64,000 bases of DNA from Alphaproteobacteria bacterium (lineage in GTDB: Bacteria; Pseudomonadota; Alphaproteobacteria; UBA8317): positions 96,001-160,000 of the forward strand of contig JAYPQH010000032.1 in assembly GCA_038131935.1 (NCBI GenBank), given 5' to 3'. This document shows, piece by piece, positions 33,639 through 44,332 of the stretch. A program made the position numbers and the translations under genes. The first letter of the stretch is position 1. Each line of letters opens with the position of its first letter. The notes beneath the pieces are model-generated. The model was not told the origin of the DNA, ran no database searches, and saw nothing but the letters and a program-made list of their open reading frames with translations.

Positions 33639-34397
33639 CGTTACCTCCAGGTTGTAACGGTCTCATGGACCGTCCTGTTTCCATAGCCATCAACATCCTG
33701 GTCACCACATGCTCGAGTCCAAAAAATAGGCCATCAGACATCAATGCAAAACCAATTGACATTTCTTCAATAAACTCAATTGAACCTAGATGTTGAGCTG
33801 TTGTATAATCAAGACCATGACCCGCATGCACCCGAAGACCCGTATCATTGGCTCTCTTAGCCATATCCCTCAAACGAACAAAATGCTGTTGCGCATCTTG
33901 AAAACGCCCTTGCACCACAGCATCACAAAAGGCCCCGTATGTAATTCCACAATATCAGCCCCTAATGCCGCAGCCAAAGCAATAGAGTTAGGGTCAGCAT
34001 CCACAAAAAGGGACATCAATGCACCGTGTTTTTGACCCTCTTCAACCGCCTCGCGAAGTGCACCATCCCCATCAGCATAAAGCCCCCGCTCGGTTGTACG
34101 CTCATGTCTTTGCTCTGGGACCAAACATATAGAATAAGGTTTCAAAACCGCTATTTTGCCAATCATTTCATCCGTGGCAGCCATTTCAAAGTTTAACTTG
34201 AGAGAAGGATCATCTGCCACCCTTTGCACATCTTCATCTCGAACATGTCGACGGTCTTCACGCAAATGCATGGTGATTGACCAGGCACCAGCCCTGGTAA
34301 CCATAAGTGCCGCCGCATGTGGGTCTGGAAACAAACCGCCACGAGCATTTCGCAAGGTTGCCACATGATCAATATTAACGCTAAGTTTTATAGGCAT
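33631..34397 (-). CDS. pdxJ: Pyridoxine 5'-phosphate synthase (frameshift near 33930)
   Basis: VNIDHVATLRNAR, HLREDRRH, ELHTG; next frame HAGHGL. Confidence 0.95.
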
Positions 34398-34464
34398 GAA
34401 TTCATATCCTTCATTTCAAAACTTGCCATCGGATAAGACCTTTCATGCTCTTTATGCAAGAACT

Positions 34465-35982
34465 ATGAAAGCAGATATTATGCATCTTGAAGACCCGATT
34501 AGAGGTAGGCTTACTTTCCTTGTAATCAATGGTTTGATTGTTGGTGTGAGCTCCGCTGCCTCCTTGGTTGTTGAAATAGTAGCTGGTCGGATGTTGGCAC
34601 CTTATGTTGGAATGTCATTATATAGCTGGACAGCCGTTATAGCCACCGTTTTGGCTGGACTAAGCTTAGGAAATTTCATCGGTGGGTTTGCTTTTACCAC
34701 CCAAGATACAAAACATAATAGTCGTTTTATGGCCTTAATGCTTACTATTGCAGCTTTAAGCACAGCGGCCGCCCCATGGTTACTACAGAAAATTGCTCCT
34801 GCATTGACCAGCGATACCCGTCCCATATTATCTATGTTGACGTTATGTTTGTTGGTGTTTATGCCGCCCAGTCTTTGTTTGGGTGCCGTATCACCGGTAG
34901 CAACTGCCATGGCCCAAGAGCAATCACCCGACAAGGGTAAAATACTTGGTTTTTTCTTTGCGCTTGGCGCCATCGGCTCTATTCTTGGCACCTTACTATC
35001 TGGCTTTCTTTTTCTTGCCTATTTGGGAAGTCATGCAACCTTAGCTATCATCGCCTGTGTGAATATGGTTTTGGGCGGCATGTGCTTATGTATGGCCGTG
35101 CAAAAGACCCAACGTTTAATTGTTATTGCACTTGCATCTATCATGGCCGTCATCTTCAGCCTATGGCCTTTGTATGGCGTTGCAAATCCATGCCAACGTG
35201 AAAGTGCCTACTACTGCATTCGGGTGGAACAATATTCTGACAACGTGCGCATAATGGTATTAGATCATTTGGTTCATGGGTTTAATCATCAAACAAACCC
35301 ACAATATTTTAACGCTCCTTACGTCGGACTTATGGATTATTTGGCACGCACAAAAATAAAAGAAGAAAAACGAGCTTTTTTCATTGGCGGCGGAGCCTTC
35401 ACACTTCCCAGAGCATGGTCAGCGCGCGCACCCAATATGGAAATGATCATCGCAGAAATTGATCCAGTTGTTACAGAAATAGCCCAACAAGAATTATGGT
35501 ATCGTCCAACACCGCTCACAGAAATTCACCATGGTGATGCACGCTCTGTGCTGCGACAAAACGAAAAACCATTTGATGTTATTGTTGGGGATGCTTTTCA
35601 TGACCTCTCCGTACCACAACATTTGACCACCTATGAATTCGGCCAATTGGTGCGCAAAAACCTACAAACCGATGGCTTGTATCTCCTCAATGTTATTGAT
35701 CATGTTCAGCAACCAAAACTTATGCTGTCCGTATGGCAAACATTGCGTCAACAATTCCAGAATGTGGCCATTTTCATGAAAGAAGATGACCTCAAAAGCT
35801 GGGACCGGACAACATTTGTTGTCGCAGCCTCTGAGACCTTCACACCACAGAATGGTTATGTGGTTTCAGGGAACCGCTTTATTCGCTTGCCTCATGGTTA
35901 TTTAGAGGCAAAATCAGAAGTTTTTGTACCACTTACACTTACCGACGATTACTCACCAGTTGATCGACTTTTATTTTTTTAG
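34465..35982 (+). CDS. Fused membrane (MFS-like)/spermidine synthase-like methyltransferase
   Basis: EIVAGRMLAPYVG with TM helices; IGGGAFTLPR, EIDP, GDAR, GDAF. Confidence 0.88.
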   Translation: MKADIMHLEDPIRGRLTFLVINGLIVGVSSAASLVVEIVAGRMLAPYVGMSLYSWTAVIATVLAGLSLGNFIGGFAFTTQDTKHNSRFMALMLTIAALSTAAAPWLLQKIAPALTSDTRPILSMLTLCLLVFMPPSLCLGAVSPVATAMAQEQSPDKGKILGFFFALGAIGSILGTLLSGFLFLAYLGSHATLAIIACVNMVLGGMCLCMAVQKTQRLIVIALASIMAVIFSLWPLYGVANPCQRESAYYCIRVEQYSDNVRIMVLDHLVHGFNHQTNPQYFNAPYVGLMDYLARTKIKEEKRAFFIGGGAFTLPRAWSARAPNMEMIIAEIDPVVTEIAQQELWYRPTPLTEIHHGDARSVLRQNEKPFDVIVGDAFHDLSVPQHLTTYEFGQLVRKNLQTDGLYLLNVIDHVQQPKLMLSVWQTLRQQFQNVAIFMKEDDLKSWDRTTFVVAASETFTPQNGYVVSGNRFIRLPHGYLEAKSEVFVPLTLTDDYSPVDRLLFF

Positions 35983-36011
35983 GTACAGCTCACGGCCAGA
36001 ACATAACTGCA

Positions 36012-36659
36012 TCAGACAGCCTTAAACTTGTTATCTGTTGGATCAAGCATATGAAGTTCCGCCGCTTTGATATCAAACCATCCGCCGTGGACTTGAAGTT
36101 TCTTTTTTCGTATGGCCTCTAAAACGAAAGGAAAGTCTTTTATGCGCTCCATGCCAAGCCGCACAAATTCTTGCTCTGCAGTTTTTTCCAAATCATCGAC
36201 CTGACCAGATTGATAGGAAGACAAAATACGATCACGTGCTGGAGCGCCAAGAGTTACCCAGTTTTGTATATAATCAAGTTCGCCATCATGGCATTGACCA
36301 TGATCACTCATACATGCGGCAACGCCTCCACATTGTGAATGACCCATGATCAACACATGAGATACTTCAAGAACGGTTATAGCAAATTGGATGGCAGCAG
36401 CGGTTCCAAAGCGACCACGCTGTTCTGTATGCGGAGGAATAAGGTTTGCAACTGATCGTAAAACAAATAAATCTCCGGGTTTCGCTCCAAAGATCGCATT
36501 AGGATCTAAACGAGAGTCTGCGCATGTAATAACCATTGTTCCAACGGATTGACCATGTTGTGCCATATATTGGTACAAATCCTTTACATCCTGACCGAGG
36601 CTATCACGGTAGGCTTTATAACGCTCAAGGAATATATCAAAATTTTTAGCTTGCATCAT
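36012..36659 (-). CDS. Beta-carbonic anhydrase
   Basis: CADSR and GHSQCGG Zn motifs. Confidence 0.93.
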   Translation of the reverse strand: MMQAKNFDIFLERYKAYRDSLGQDVKDLYQYMAQHGQSVGTMVITCADSRLDPNAIFGAKPGDLFVLRSVANLIPPHTEQRGRFGTAAAIQFAITVLEVSHVLIMGHSQCGGVAACMSDHGQCHDGELDYIQNWVTLGAPARDRILSSYQSGQVDDLEKTAEQEFVRLGMERIKDFPFVLEAIRKKKLQVHGGWFDIKAAELHMLDPTDNKFKAV

Positions 36660-36806
36660 AAAGCAGCTCCATTTCTATAAGCATTTTTTTGTTGCAGTTA
36701 TGAAAAAACGACTTACCTCTCAACAACTTGTAGATGGCATAACATCATACATCGACACGGCATAACTCTATTTAAAAAAAAATGTTTTCACCGCCATATT
36801 AGGGAG

Positions 36807-37767
36807 ATGACAGATTTTAAACCCAAAAGAAATAGTAATAATAGGTGCTGGTTTTTCAGGTCTTATAGCGTCTCGCGTTCTTTGTGCCCACAACTTTCCT
36901 GTCACCATTGTTGAGAAATCCAGAGGTCCAGGTGGACGAATGGCTCATCGTCGACAATCCTTTGGAGGCTATGATCATGGCGTATCCCAATTCTACGCTC
37001 AGCACCCTGAATTTGTAAATTTTCTTGAGGCATTTGATGGCCAAGTACAGCGCGTTGATGCGCAAGACAACATTTTTCAAGCCTACCCCCATGCCAACAG
37101 TATTGCGAAGGCAATGGCTCAAACCCTACCCCCTATCCACACGAAGTGGGAAGCGCAACATATCCAACGTCAAAACAATAAATTTGTTATCATTTCAAAA
37201 ACTGGTGAGACGAGAACAGCAGATATTCTGGTTGTGACAGCACCACTTCCGCAGGCTACTGCTCTTTTGGGTGATTGTTGGGATACTGAATGGCCCAATG
37301 TTGGTGATATTCATTACACATCACAACTCACCATCATGCTCACCTGTACCATTGGGGCACACCAAGATCTGGTTGAAATACTTTCAAAAAACCACCCAAC
37401 AACAGATGTTACAATTCAAGAACAACTCTCTGAAAATAATGGGAAAGATCATATAAAAAGGTTGGTCATACACATAGCTTTGACCCCAATTGACCCAATG
37501 TTTTCCATGGAACTTGACGATATTAAACAGAACTTGCTTGCACAGATAAGCGATTTGGATCATATGCCCCTTGATTTGCAGGTTCATCGCTGGCGTTATG
37601 CACAAGTTACCAAGGGTTATGATGCACTCATGCTCAAGCATAGCTCACTTGACTTGTGGTTGGCTGGAGACTGCTTTGCTGGACATGGCGTAGAGGGTGC
37701 ATATGTATCAGGTCACGCGGTGGCAACGGATATTATCAAACAATTACGCTTCGGAGGAAAAGAATGA
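36807..37767 (+). CDS. Renalase-like FAD/NAD(P) oxidoreductase (frameshift near 36826)
   Basis: IIGAGFSG and EKSRGPGGRMA upstream of tracked ORF; DHG, HRWRYA, GVEGAYVSG. Confidence 0.88.
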
Positions 37768-39938
37768 CAGAATATGTAAAAAAGGGATCCATACAGGTTG
37801 ATAAGGTCCTCGCCAATTTTGTTGAGAACGAGGTCTTACCTGGATTAAACATCAGTGCCGAAGACGTTTGGAATGGCTTATCTCTGCTTGACAAAACCTA
37901 CAGCGCAAAAAACCGTGATTTGCTGCAAAAACGCGCTCAGTTGCAAACATTGATAGATCAATATCATCAAGAACGCCGGGGGCAAAGCTTTGATCGTCAT
38001 GATTATCAGAGATTTTTACGTGACATTGGTTATCTGGTTGATGCACCTGAATCATTTTCCATCGAAACCCAAAACGTGGACCAAGAAATTGCAACATTGG
38101 CAGGGCCGCAACTTGTGGTACCTGTAACGAATGCACGATACGCACTTAATGCCGCGAACGCACGCTGGGGAAGCTTATATGATGCTTTTTATGGGACTGA
38201 TGCTCTACCCTATGAAGGAGATGAGAAGACTTCATCAGGCTTCCACCAAGGACGGGGAGAGCGTGTTATTGCTCGCGTTCGGCAATTTCTTGATGAAACT
38301 TTCCCTTTATCCACTGGATCGTGGAAAGACGTATCGGAAATTAAAATCGTTGATGAGCAATGCATATTTACATGTTTGAATGTCCAAAGTTCTCTACAAA
38401 ACAAAGAGCAGTTTGTGGCGTATAAGGGGCAAGACAAACTTCAAAATATTATCCTTCAACATAATGGACTGCACATTAACATTGTTATCAATCCAGACTC
38501 ACCTATAGGAAAATCCGATAAAGCGGGGGTGAGCGATGTCGTTATAGAATCTGCACTCACCACCATTATGGATTGTGAAGATTCGGTGGCCACTGTTGAC
38601 GGCGAGGATAAGACGCTCGCTTACCGAAATTGGCTTGGGCTCATGAAAGGTGACCTCGTGGCGTCTTTCGAAAAAGGTGGCAAGACTGTTGAGCGAAGAA
38701 TGGTGCAGGACCTTGTCTATAAAACACCTAATGGAGAGGATCTTGTCTTGCGCGGGCGCAGCCTAATGTTGGTGCGTAATGTGGGTCATCTGATGACAAA
38801 CCCCGCCGTTTTGGGTGCTGATGGTGAAGAGTTACATGAAGGTCTATTGGACGCATTAATGACATCACTGATTGGTATGCATGACCTCCAAAAAGAGCCT
38901 AGCCAAACCAAAAATTCAAAAACGGGATCAGTCTACATCGTAAAGCCCAAGATGCATGGCCCTGAGGAAGTAGCCTTCACCAATGATATCTTAGGAAGTG
39001 TAGAAGACATCCTTGGCCTTAAAAAATATACCCTCAAAATGGGGATCATGGATGAAGAGCGTCGAACAACCGTTAACCTTGCCGCCTGTATTCATGCGGC
39101 AAAAAATCGTGTGGTATTCATCAATACTGGCTTCTTAGATAGAACAGGGGATGAAATTCATACATCTATGCAAGCAGGACCTATGGTCCGTAAAGCGGAT
39201 ATGAAGTCCACCCCGTGGATTCATGCGTATGAGCAACATAACGTAGATGTCGGCTTATCAAGTGGATTGTCTGGTCGCGCTCAGATCGGCAAAGGCATGT
39301 GGGCAATGCCAGATCTTATGGCGGGTATGCTGGCACAAAAGATTGGTCATCCTCAATCAGGCGCCAATACTGCCTGGGTCCCCTCTCCCACAGCAGCAAC
39401 CTTACACGCGCTGCATTACCACATGGTGAATGTGTCAGAGGTCCAACAAAATCTTCTCCAGAGAGATCCTGCCTCTTTGGATGATATCCTGACCATTCCA
39501 CTAGCTCAGGGAACCAACTGGTCTGAGCAAGAACTACAGGAAGAAGTTGACAACAATCTCCAAGGCATATTGGGGTATGTGGTTCGTTGGGTTGATCAAG
39601 GTGTTGGCTGCTCAAAAGTACCAGATATCCACGATGTTGGCCTCATGGAGGATAGAGCTACATTGCGGATATCATCTCAACATTTGGCCAATTGGCTGCA
39701 TCATGGTGTGGTAACCCGTGACATGGTTGAACAGCGCATGCGTGCCATGGCTGAAGTCGTTGACCGACAAAATGCGGGGGATTCACTTTACGAGCCGATG
39801 GCGAAAGAGCCCTTAAAATCAATTGCTTTTTTGGCTGCTCATGATTTGGTTTTCCAAGGAATTTCACAACCTTCTGGTTACACAGAGCCTGTATTACACA
39901 GACGTCGTGCAGAAAAGAAAAAGGAGGCTAGCGCTTAA
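37764..39938 (+). CDS. glcB: Malate synthase G
   Basis: NAANARWGSLYDA, KPKMHGP, GCSKVPDIHDVGLMEDRATLRISSQ. Confidence 0.98.
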   Translation: MTEYVKKGSIQVDKVLANFVENEVLPGLNISAEDVWNGLSLLDKTYSAKNRDLLQKRAQLQTLIDQYHQERRGQSFDRHDYQRFLRDIGYLVDAPESFSIETQNVDQEIATLAGPQLVVPVTNARYALNAANARWGSLYDAFYGTDALPYEGDEKTSSGFHQGRGERVIARVRQFLDETFPLSTGSWKDVSEIKIVDEQCIFTCLNVQSSLQNKEQFVAYKGQDKLQNIILQHNGLHINIVINPDSPIGKSDKAGVSDVVIESALTTIMDCEDSVATVDGEDKTLAYRNWLGLMKGDLVASFEKGGKTVERRMVQDLVYKTPNGEDLVLRGRSLMLVRNVGHLMTNPAVLGADGEELHEGLLDALMTSLIGMHDLQKEPSQTKNSKTGSVYIVKPKMHGPEEVAFTNDILGSVEDILGLKKYTLKMGIMDEERRTTVNLAACIHAAKNRVVFINTGFLDRTGDEIHTSMQAGPMVRKADMKSTPWIHAYEQHNVDVGLSSGLSGRAQIGKGMWAMPDLMAGMLAQKIGHPQSGANTAWVPSPTAATLHALHYHMVNVSEVQQNLLQRDPASLDDILTIPLAQGTNWSEQELQEEVDNNLQGILGYVVRWVDQGVGCSKVPDIHDVGLMEDRATLRISSQHLANWLHHGVVTRDMVEQRMRAMAEVVDRQNAGDSLYEPMAKEPLKSIAFLAAHDLVFQGISQPSGYTEPVLHRRRAEKKKEASA

Positions 39939-39958
39939 GCGCTAGCCCCCTTCTTTTC
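39912..39958. terminator. Bidirectional intrinsic terminator between glcB and csp
   Basis: Perfect palindrome GGCTAGCGCTTAAGCGCTAGCC (39926-39947) with A-rich left and T-rich right flanks. Confidence 0.75.
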
Positions 39959-39974
39959 ATTTTAAGCGTCTGAA

Positions 39975-40184
39975 TTAGATAATTTTGATATTACCTGCAA
40001 AAACGCGACCTCTGCGCTCATCATTGATGAGTTCAAATTCTACACGCTGGTTGTCTGGAAGTTCTGCAATGCCAGCTTCTTTCACAGCTGTCACATGCAC
40101 AAATACATCCTTACCACCATCGTCCGGCTCAATAAAACCAAAACCCTTGGTTGCATTAAACCACTTTACCTTACCCGAGGCCAT
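39975..40184 (-). CDS. cspA: Cold-shock protein
   Basis: [20 protein letters not shown]. Confidence 0.93.
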   Translation of the reverse strand: MASGKVKWFNATKGFGFIEPDDGGKDVFVHVTAVKEAGIAELPDNQRVEFELINDERRGRVFAGNIKII

Positions 40185-40310
40185 CTTAGTCTCCTTCGTC
40201 TGGCTTACTTCAATTAATATTAATCCCAAAAAGTTGGGACATCATCCAAACGTTTAGTCCTGCAGGCTTCTTCGGCTAAGCAAAAGGTCACATCCGGCGA
40301 TCCTTGCGGC
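40185..40310 (-). promoter_or_regulatory. Probable long csp 5' UTR
   Basis: Non-coding leader with GATCGCCGGA segment and TCCCAA-N-TTGGGA hairpin; long leaders are typical of csp genes; boundaries approximate. Confidence 0.4.
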
Positions 40311-40420
40311 ATATGTTGGTTGAGAGGGATTAGCAAGCCTAAAATGTCTTAATTTCTCTTGACGATGTGAATTATCTCGCAAAACTATCAAAACAAATTA
40401 AAATTTTTTTGGATGTTGGT

Positions 40421-41410
40421 ATGATGTCACGCTTCTTTCTCTTTCTTATATCGTTTTGGATTGGCAGCATGATCGGCACCATAACAAATGCGCAAATAAA
40501 CAAGCAAAATGACTCGGAGTATGGTCCCCTAGACAAAGCACCAGAGTCAATTCTCTATGACTGGCCGCGATATGTTGCACCTGGAATATGGTCAGCAATT
40601 GGTGCAACCCAACCTCCAACCTACGAAAATAGTGGGCATAACAACAACCTCACCATAATCGAGGGAAGCAATCAGGTTCTCGTGGTCAATGCTGGTGCAT
40701 CTTTCAAACTTGCAGAGGCTCTTCATCAATGGATTGACAAAAACATTGGTAAGCCAGTGACGTATGTCGTCAATGAAAATGGGCAAGGCCACGCGATGCT
40801 TGGTAACAATTATTGGCGCACAAAAAAAGCTACAATTATTGCACATGAGGATGCCATCGAAGCCTTTAACGATGATGCTTTTGGAATACTTCAGAGGATG
40901 CAAAATTACGCGAAGGAAAAATCTAAGGGCACAGAAATCGTAGATATCGATATAGAGTTTTCTGATGAGATGATCCTAGATCTTGGCGGCCGCGAGATTA
41001 TCCTAAAGGATTTTGGCCCTGCTCACTCACCAGGAGATATTTCAGTGATCGTTCCTGATGCTCAAGTCATCATTGCTGGTGATATGGCATTTCATGAACG
41101 TATGCTCCCCATATTTTCAGATACACATACAGGGGACTGGCTGGAAAGCTTTGAACATTTCGCTGAATATGGCAAATCTATGATTGTTGTGCCCGGCCAT
41201 GGCCGGCCAACACAAATGGATGTTGTAGATCAGTATACGCGCGGATATCTCATATTTTTAAGATCTAAAGTTGCAACCCTGCTAGATGAAGGCAAAGGCT
41301 TAAGTGATGCTTTTTTGATCGATCAATCTCAGTATGAACATCTGCACACGTACAAGGAGTTGTCGGCTAAAAACGCAGGTCGTGTTTTTGAGGAAATGGA
41401 ATTTGAATAG
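40421..41410 (+). CDS. Exported MBL-fold protein (SoxH-like)
   Basis: Signal peptide, GHNNN, AHSPGD, AGD, VPGHG. Confidence 0.82.
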   Translation: MMSRFFLFLISFWIGSMIGTITNAQINKQNDSEYGPLDKAPESILYDWPRYVAPGIWSAIGATQPPTYENSGHNNNLTIIEGSNQVLVVNAGASFKLAEALHQWIDKNIGKPVTYVVNENGQGHAMLGNNYWRTKKATIIAHEDAIEAFNDDAFGILQRMQNYAKEKSKGTEIVDIDIEFSDEMILDLGGREIILKDFGPAHSPGDISVIVPDAQVIIAGDMAFHERMLPIFSDTHTGDWLESFEHFAEYGKSMIVVPGHGRPTQMDVVDQYTRGYLIFLRSKVATLLDEGKGLSDAFLIDQSQYEHLHTYKELSAKNAGRVFEEMEFE

Positions 41411-41425
41411 AATTCTTTACAGGAT

Positions 41426-42634
41426 TTAATGTACACCACCCCAAATGACTTGGCCTGCGAAACCACCAAGCAGCACAACCAACCAAGGGGGTAGTTTCAG
41501 CAGCACAAGAGAAGCAAAAGCAGCAAGTGCCATTGCCGCATGAGCAGGACTTGTCACAGATGCCACAAGAACAGGGTCATAGAAGGCAGAAAATAAGAGC
41601 CCGACAACAGCAGCATTTACCATCATCAAAGCTGACTGCATGCCAGGATTTCTAGACATGCTTGACCAAATTGGTAAGCATGCCAGCAAAAGTAGCATAC
41701 CAGGTAGAAAAATCATCATGCATGCCAACAATGCAGCTGTAAAACCAAATTGGTTGGGAATACTTGCTGCACCTACAAAGCTTCCAAAAGTGAACAAAGG
41801 TCCTGGCATAGCCTGTGCCAACCCATAACCTGCAAGGAAAATATCCTGAGATAGGATACCCGCGCCCACAACACCCTCTTCCAATAGGGGTAGAACCACA
41901 TGACCACCGCCAAAAACAAGTGATCCAGCCTGAACCATGATATGCGCTATGGTCAGTAATTTATGATCGATAAACAAGGTGAGCAAAGGCAACCCTATGA
42001 AAAGCAAAAAGAAACCAGCCAAACTACCCATAGAGATATACTTTTGCATTTTTTTAGGCATTGCTAAGTCAGTGGATTTGACAGGCGCTTTGCCCATCAA
42101 ATACCCAAAAACAAAGGCAAGAAATATAACCAAGATCTGAAGCCATACCTCTCCTGCAACCATCATGACCATGGCCGCAATAATAGCTATCCATTTTCGC
42201 AAATCATCTGGACATAAGCTGTTGAACATACCGACAAGTGCTTGAATGACCACCGCCACCGCAACCAATTTTAGCCCTGAGATCGCACCAGAATAAACAG
42301 ATAAATCTATATGACCAATGAGCACGCCAGCAAGCCACATCAGTACAAAAGATGGCAATGTGAACCCAAGAAAGGCTGCAAAAAGTCCCTTTAGTCCACC
42401 TACATGATAGCCAATAGACATCCCAAGTTGTGAAGATGCGGGCCCTGGTAAAAACTGACACAACGCCAAATAATTTGAAAATTCAGTATCGCTCAACCAT
42501 TTGTTTCGAGAAACGAAGGCATTTCGAAGATATCCTATATGCGCAACAGGCCCCCCAAAGGACGTCAAGCCTAATAAGAGGAAGTGACGAAATATGCTTC
42601 CACTACTTCTTATCATCGAAACCTCCGCCATCAA
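41426..42634 (-). CDS. chrA: Chromate efflux transporter
   Basis: SFGGPVAH, QFLPGPASSQ, FGGGHVVLP, QAMPGP. Confidence 0.93.
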   Translation of the reverse strand: MMAEVSMIRSSGSIFRHFLLLGLTSFGGPVAHIGYLRNAFVSRNKWLSDTEFSNYLALCQFLPGPASSQLGMSIGYHVGGLKGLFAAFLGFTLPSFVLMWLAGVLIGHIDLSVYSGAISGLKLVAVAVVIQALVGMFNSLCPDDLRKWIAIIAAMVMMVAGEVWLQILVIFLAFVFGYLMGKAPVKSTDLAMPKKMQKYISMGSLAGFFLLFIGLPLLTLFIDHKLLTIAHIMVQAGSLVFGGGHVVLPLLEEGVVGAGILSQDIFLAGYGLAQAMPGPLFTFGSFVGAASIPNQFGFTAALLACMMIFLPGMLLLLACLPIWSSMSRNPGMQSALMMVNAAVVGLLFSAFYDPVLVASVTSPAHAAMALAAFASLVLLKLPPWLVVLLGGFAGQVIWGGVH

Positions 42635-42770
42635 TTTTGTTGATCATACCTTGGCATGGGCAGTCATATATGAAATTCATGTGCCAGGAACAGTTATTTG
42701 CTACAGGCTTTAGATCATGACAGCTCAAAACCATATGCGATCTTCTTCATCGTCTAGAGGTAGTTCAGAA

Positions 42771-43718
42771 GTGCCTCAGACCAATGAATTTGTGGTAGCT
42801 GCACTATATAAATTTGCGCAAATAGCAGATCCATCATTGGAACAAAGCAAACTTTTTGAATGCGGTTCGCGCGCCAATCTGCTGGGAACATTGCTGGTAG
42901 CTAAAGAAGGTATCAATGGAACGGTTTGTGGTAGTACCGATGGGGTACAACAATTGGTGTCATACATACGCCAGCATTCTTCATTTCACGACACCGTAAT
43001 CAAATATTCCTTCGCCCCTCAAAAAACCTTTTACCGCTGGAAGGTCAAATTGAAAAAGGAAATTGTCACCATGGGCATCCCGGACACAGACCCTCAAAAA
43101 ATTGTTGGGTCATATGTTAAACCTGAGGATTGGAATGCCTTGATTACAGATCCTGATGTATTGGTGGTAGATACACGAAATGATTATGAGATTGCGATTG
43201 GTACCTTTGCTCATGCTGTAAGTCCTGAAACAAAAACATTTCGTGAGTTTCCAGCATGGGGACAACAACTCGCCAGTCAGCCAGAGCATAAACGCCCTAA
43301 GAAACTCGCGATGTTCTGCACAGGTGGTATCCGCTGTGAAAAGGCAACATCATACATGAAAAGCCTAGGATTTAACGACGTATTTCATCTAGAAGGTGGT
43401 ATTCTGAAATATCTAGAAACAATTCCTCAAGAAGAGAGCCTTTGGGAAGGTGAATGTTTTGTGTTTGATCAAAGAGTTTCTGTACAACATGGCTTAGAGC
43501 CAGGTAGCTTTGACATGTGTCATGCATGCAGGATGCCATTAGCCTCTGAAGATTTGCAACTAGATAGCTATCAAGAGGGTATTTCTTGCAAATATTGCAT
43601 CAACAACAACTCCACTTCACAAAAGGAGCGCTTTGCACAGCGCCAAAAACAGGTGCAACTGGCTCAGAAACGCCAGGAACAACATATTGGACCGTCACAT
43701 ACGAAAAAGACACCATGA
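42771..43718 (+). CDS. trhO: Rhodanese-domain tRNA uridine(34) hydroxylase
   Basis: EGINGT, DTRNDYE, FCTGGIRCEK, GECFVFDQR. Confidence 0.93.
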   Translation: MPQTNEFVVAALYKFAQIADPSLEQSKLFECGSRANLLGTLLVAKEGINGTVCGSTDGVQQLVSYIRQHSSFHDTVIKYSFAPQKTFYRWKVKLKKEIVTMGIPDTDPQKIVGSYVKPEDWNALITDPDVLVVDTRNDYEIAIGTFAHAVSPETKTFREFPAWGQQLASQPEHKRPKKLAMFCTGGIRCEKATSYMKSLGFNDVFHLEGGILKYLETIPQEESLWEGECFVFDQRVSVQHGLEPGSFDMCHACRMPLASEDLQLDSYQEGISCKYCINNNSTSQKERFAQRQKQVQLAQKRQEQHIGPSHTKKTP

Positions 43719-44332
43719 CGGCCTCGGTATTGTACTCATTTCGAAGATGTCCTTTTGCCATGCGTAGCCGGATGGCCCTTGATGCAGCAGCTGTCTCCTT
43801 TGAGCATCGTGAAATACTTCTTCGCAACAAACCTCGGCAGATGATTGAAGCAAGTCCAAAGGGAACCGTCCCTGTGTTGGTACTCAATAATGGTGAAGTT
43901 ATTGATGAGTCATTAGACATCATGCGGTGGGCTTTAGATTATCATGACCCAGAAAATTGGCGCCAAAGCAACCAAGCAACGTTAGAATTTATAGCATTAT
44001 GTGACGGTCCATTCAAACATCACTTAGATCGATATAAATATGCTTCCCGTTATGCACAGGAAGATTCACTCTATCATCGGGAACATGCCGAAAAAATATT
44101 ACATTTGTTTGATCAACAAATTCAAAAACATGGCTTTTTGGCTGGTACGCAACCCAACATTGCCGATGTTGCCACCTTTCCATTCATTCGCCAATTTTCT
44201 ATTGCAGACCCAACCTATTTTCATCAACTTGAACTGCCTGCACTGCAGAAATGGCTAACATTCTGGCTGGAGAGTACTCGGTTTCAACGCATCATGAAAA
44301 AGCATCCCATCTTTCAGGAGTCACCATCATGA
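43715..44332 (+). CDS. Glutathione S-transferase family protein
   Basis: LYSFRRCPFAMR, SPKGTVPVL, FKHHLDRYKY. Confidence 0.92.
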   Translation: MTASVLYSFRRCPFAMRSRMALDAAAVSFEHREILLRNKPRQMIEASPKGTVPVLVLNNGEVIDESLDIMRWALDYHDPENWRQSNQATLEFIALCDGPFKHHLDRYKYASRYAQEDSLYHREHAEKILHLFDQQIQKHGFLAGTQPNIADVATFPFIRQFSIADPTYFHQLELPALQKWLTFWLESTRFQRIMKKHPIFQESPS

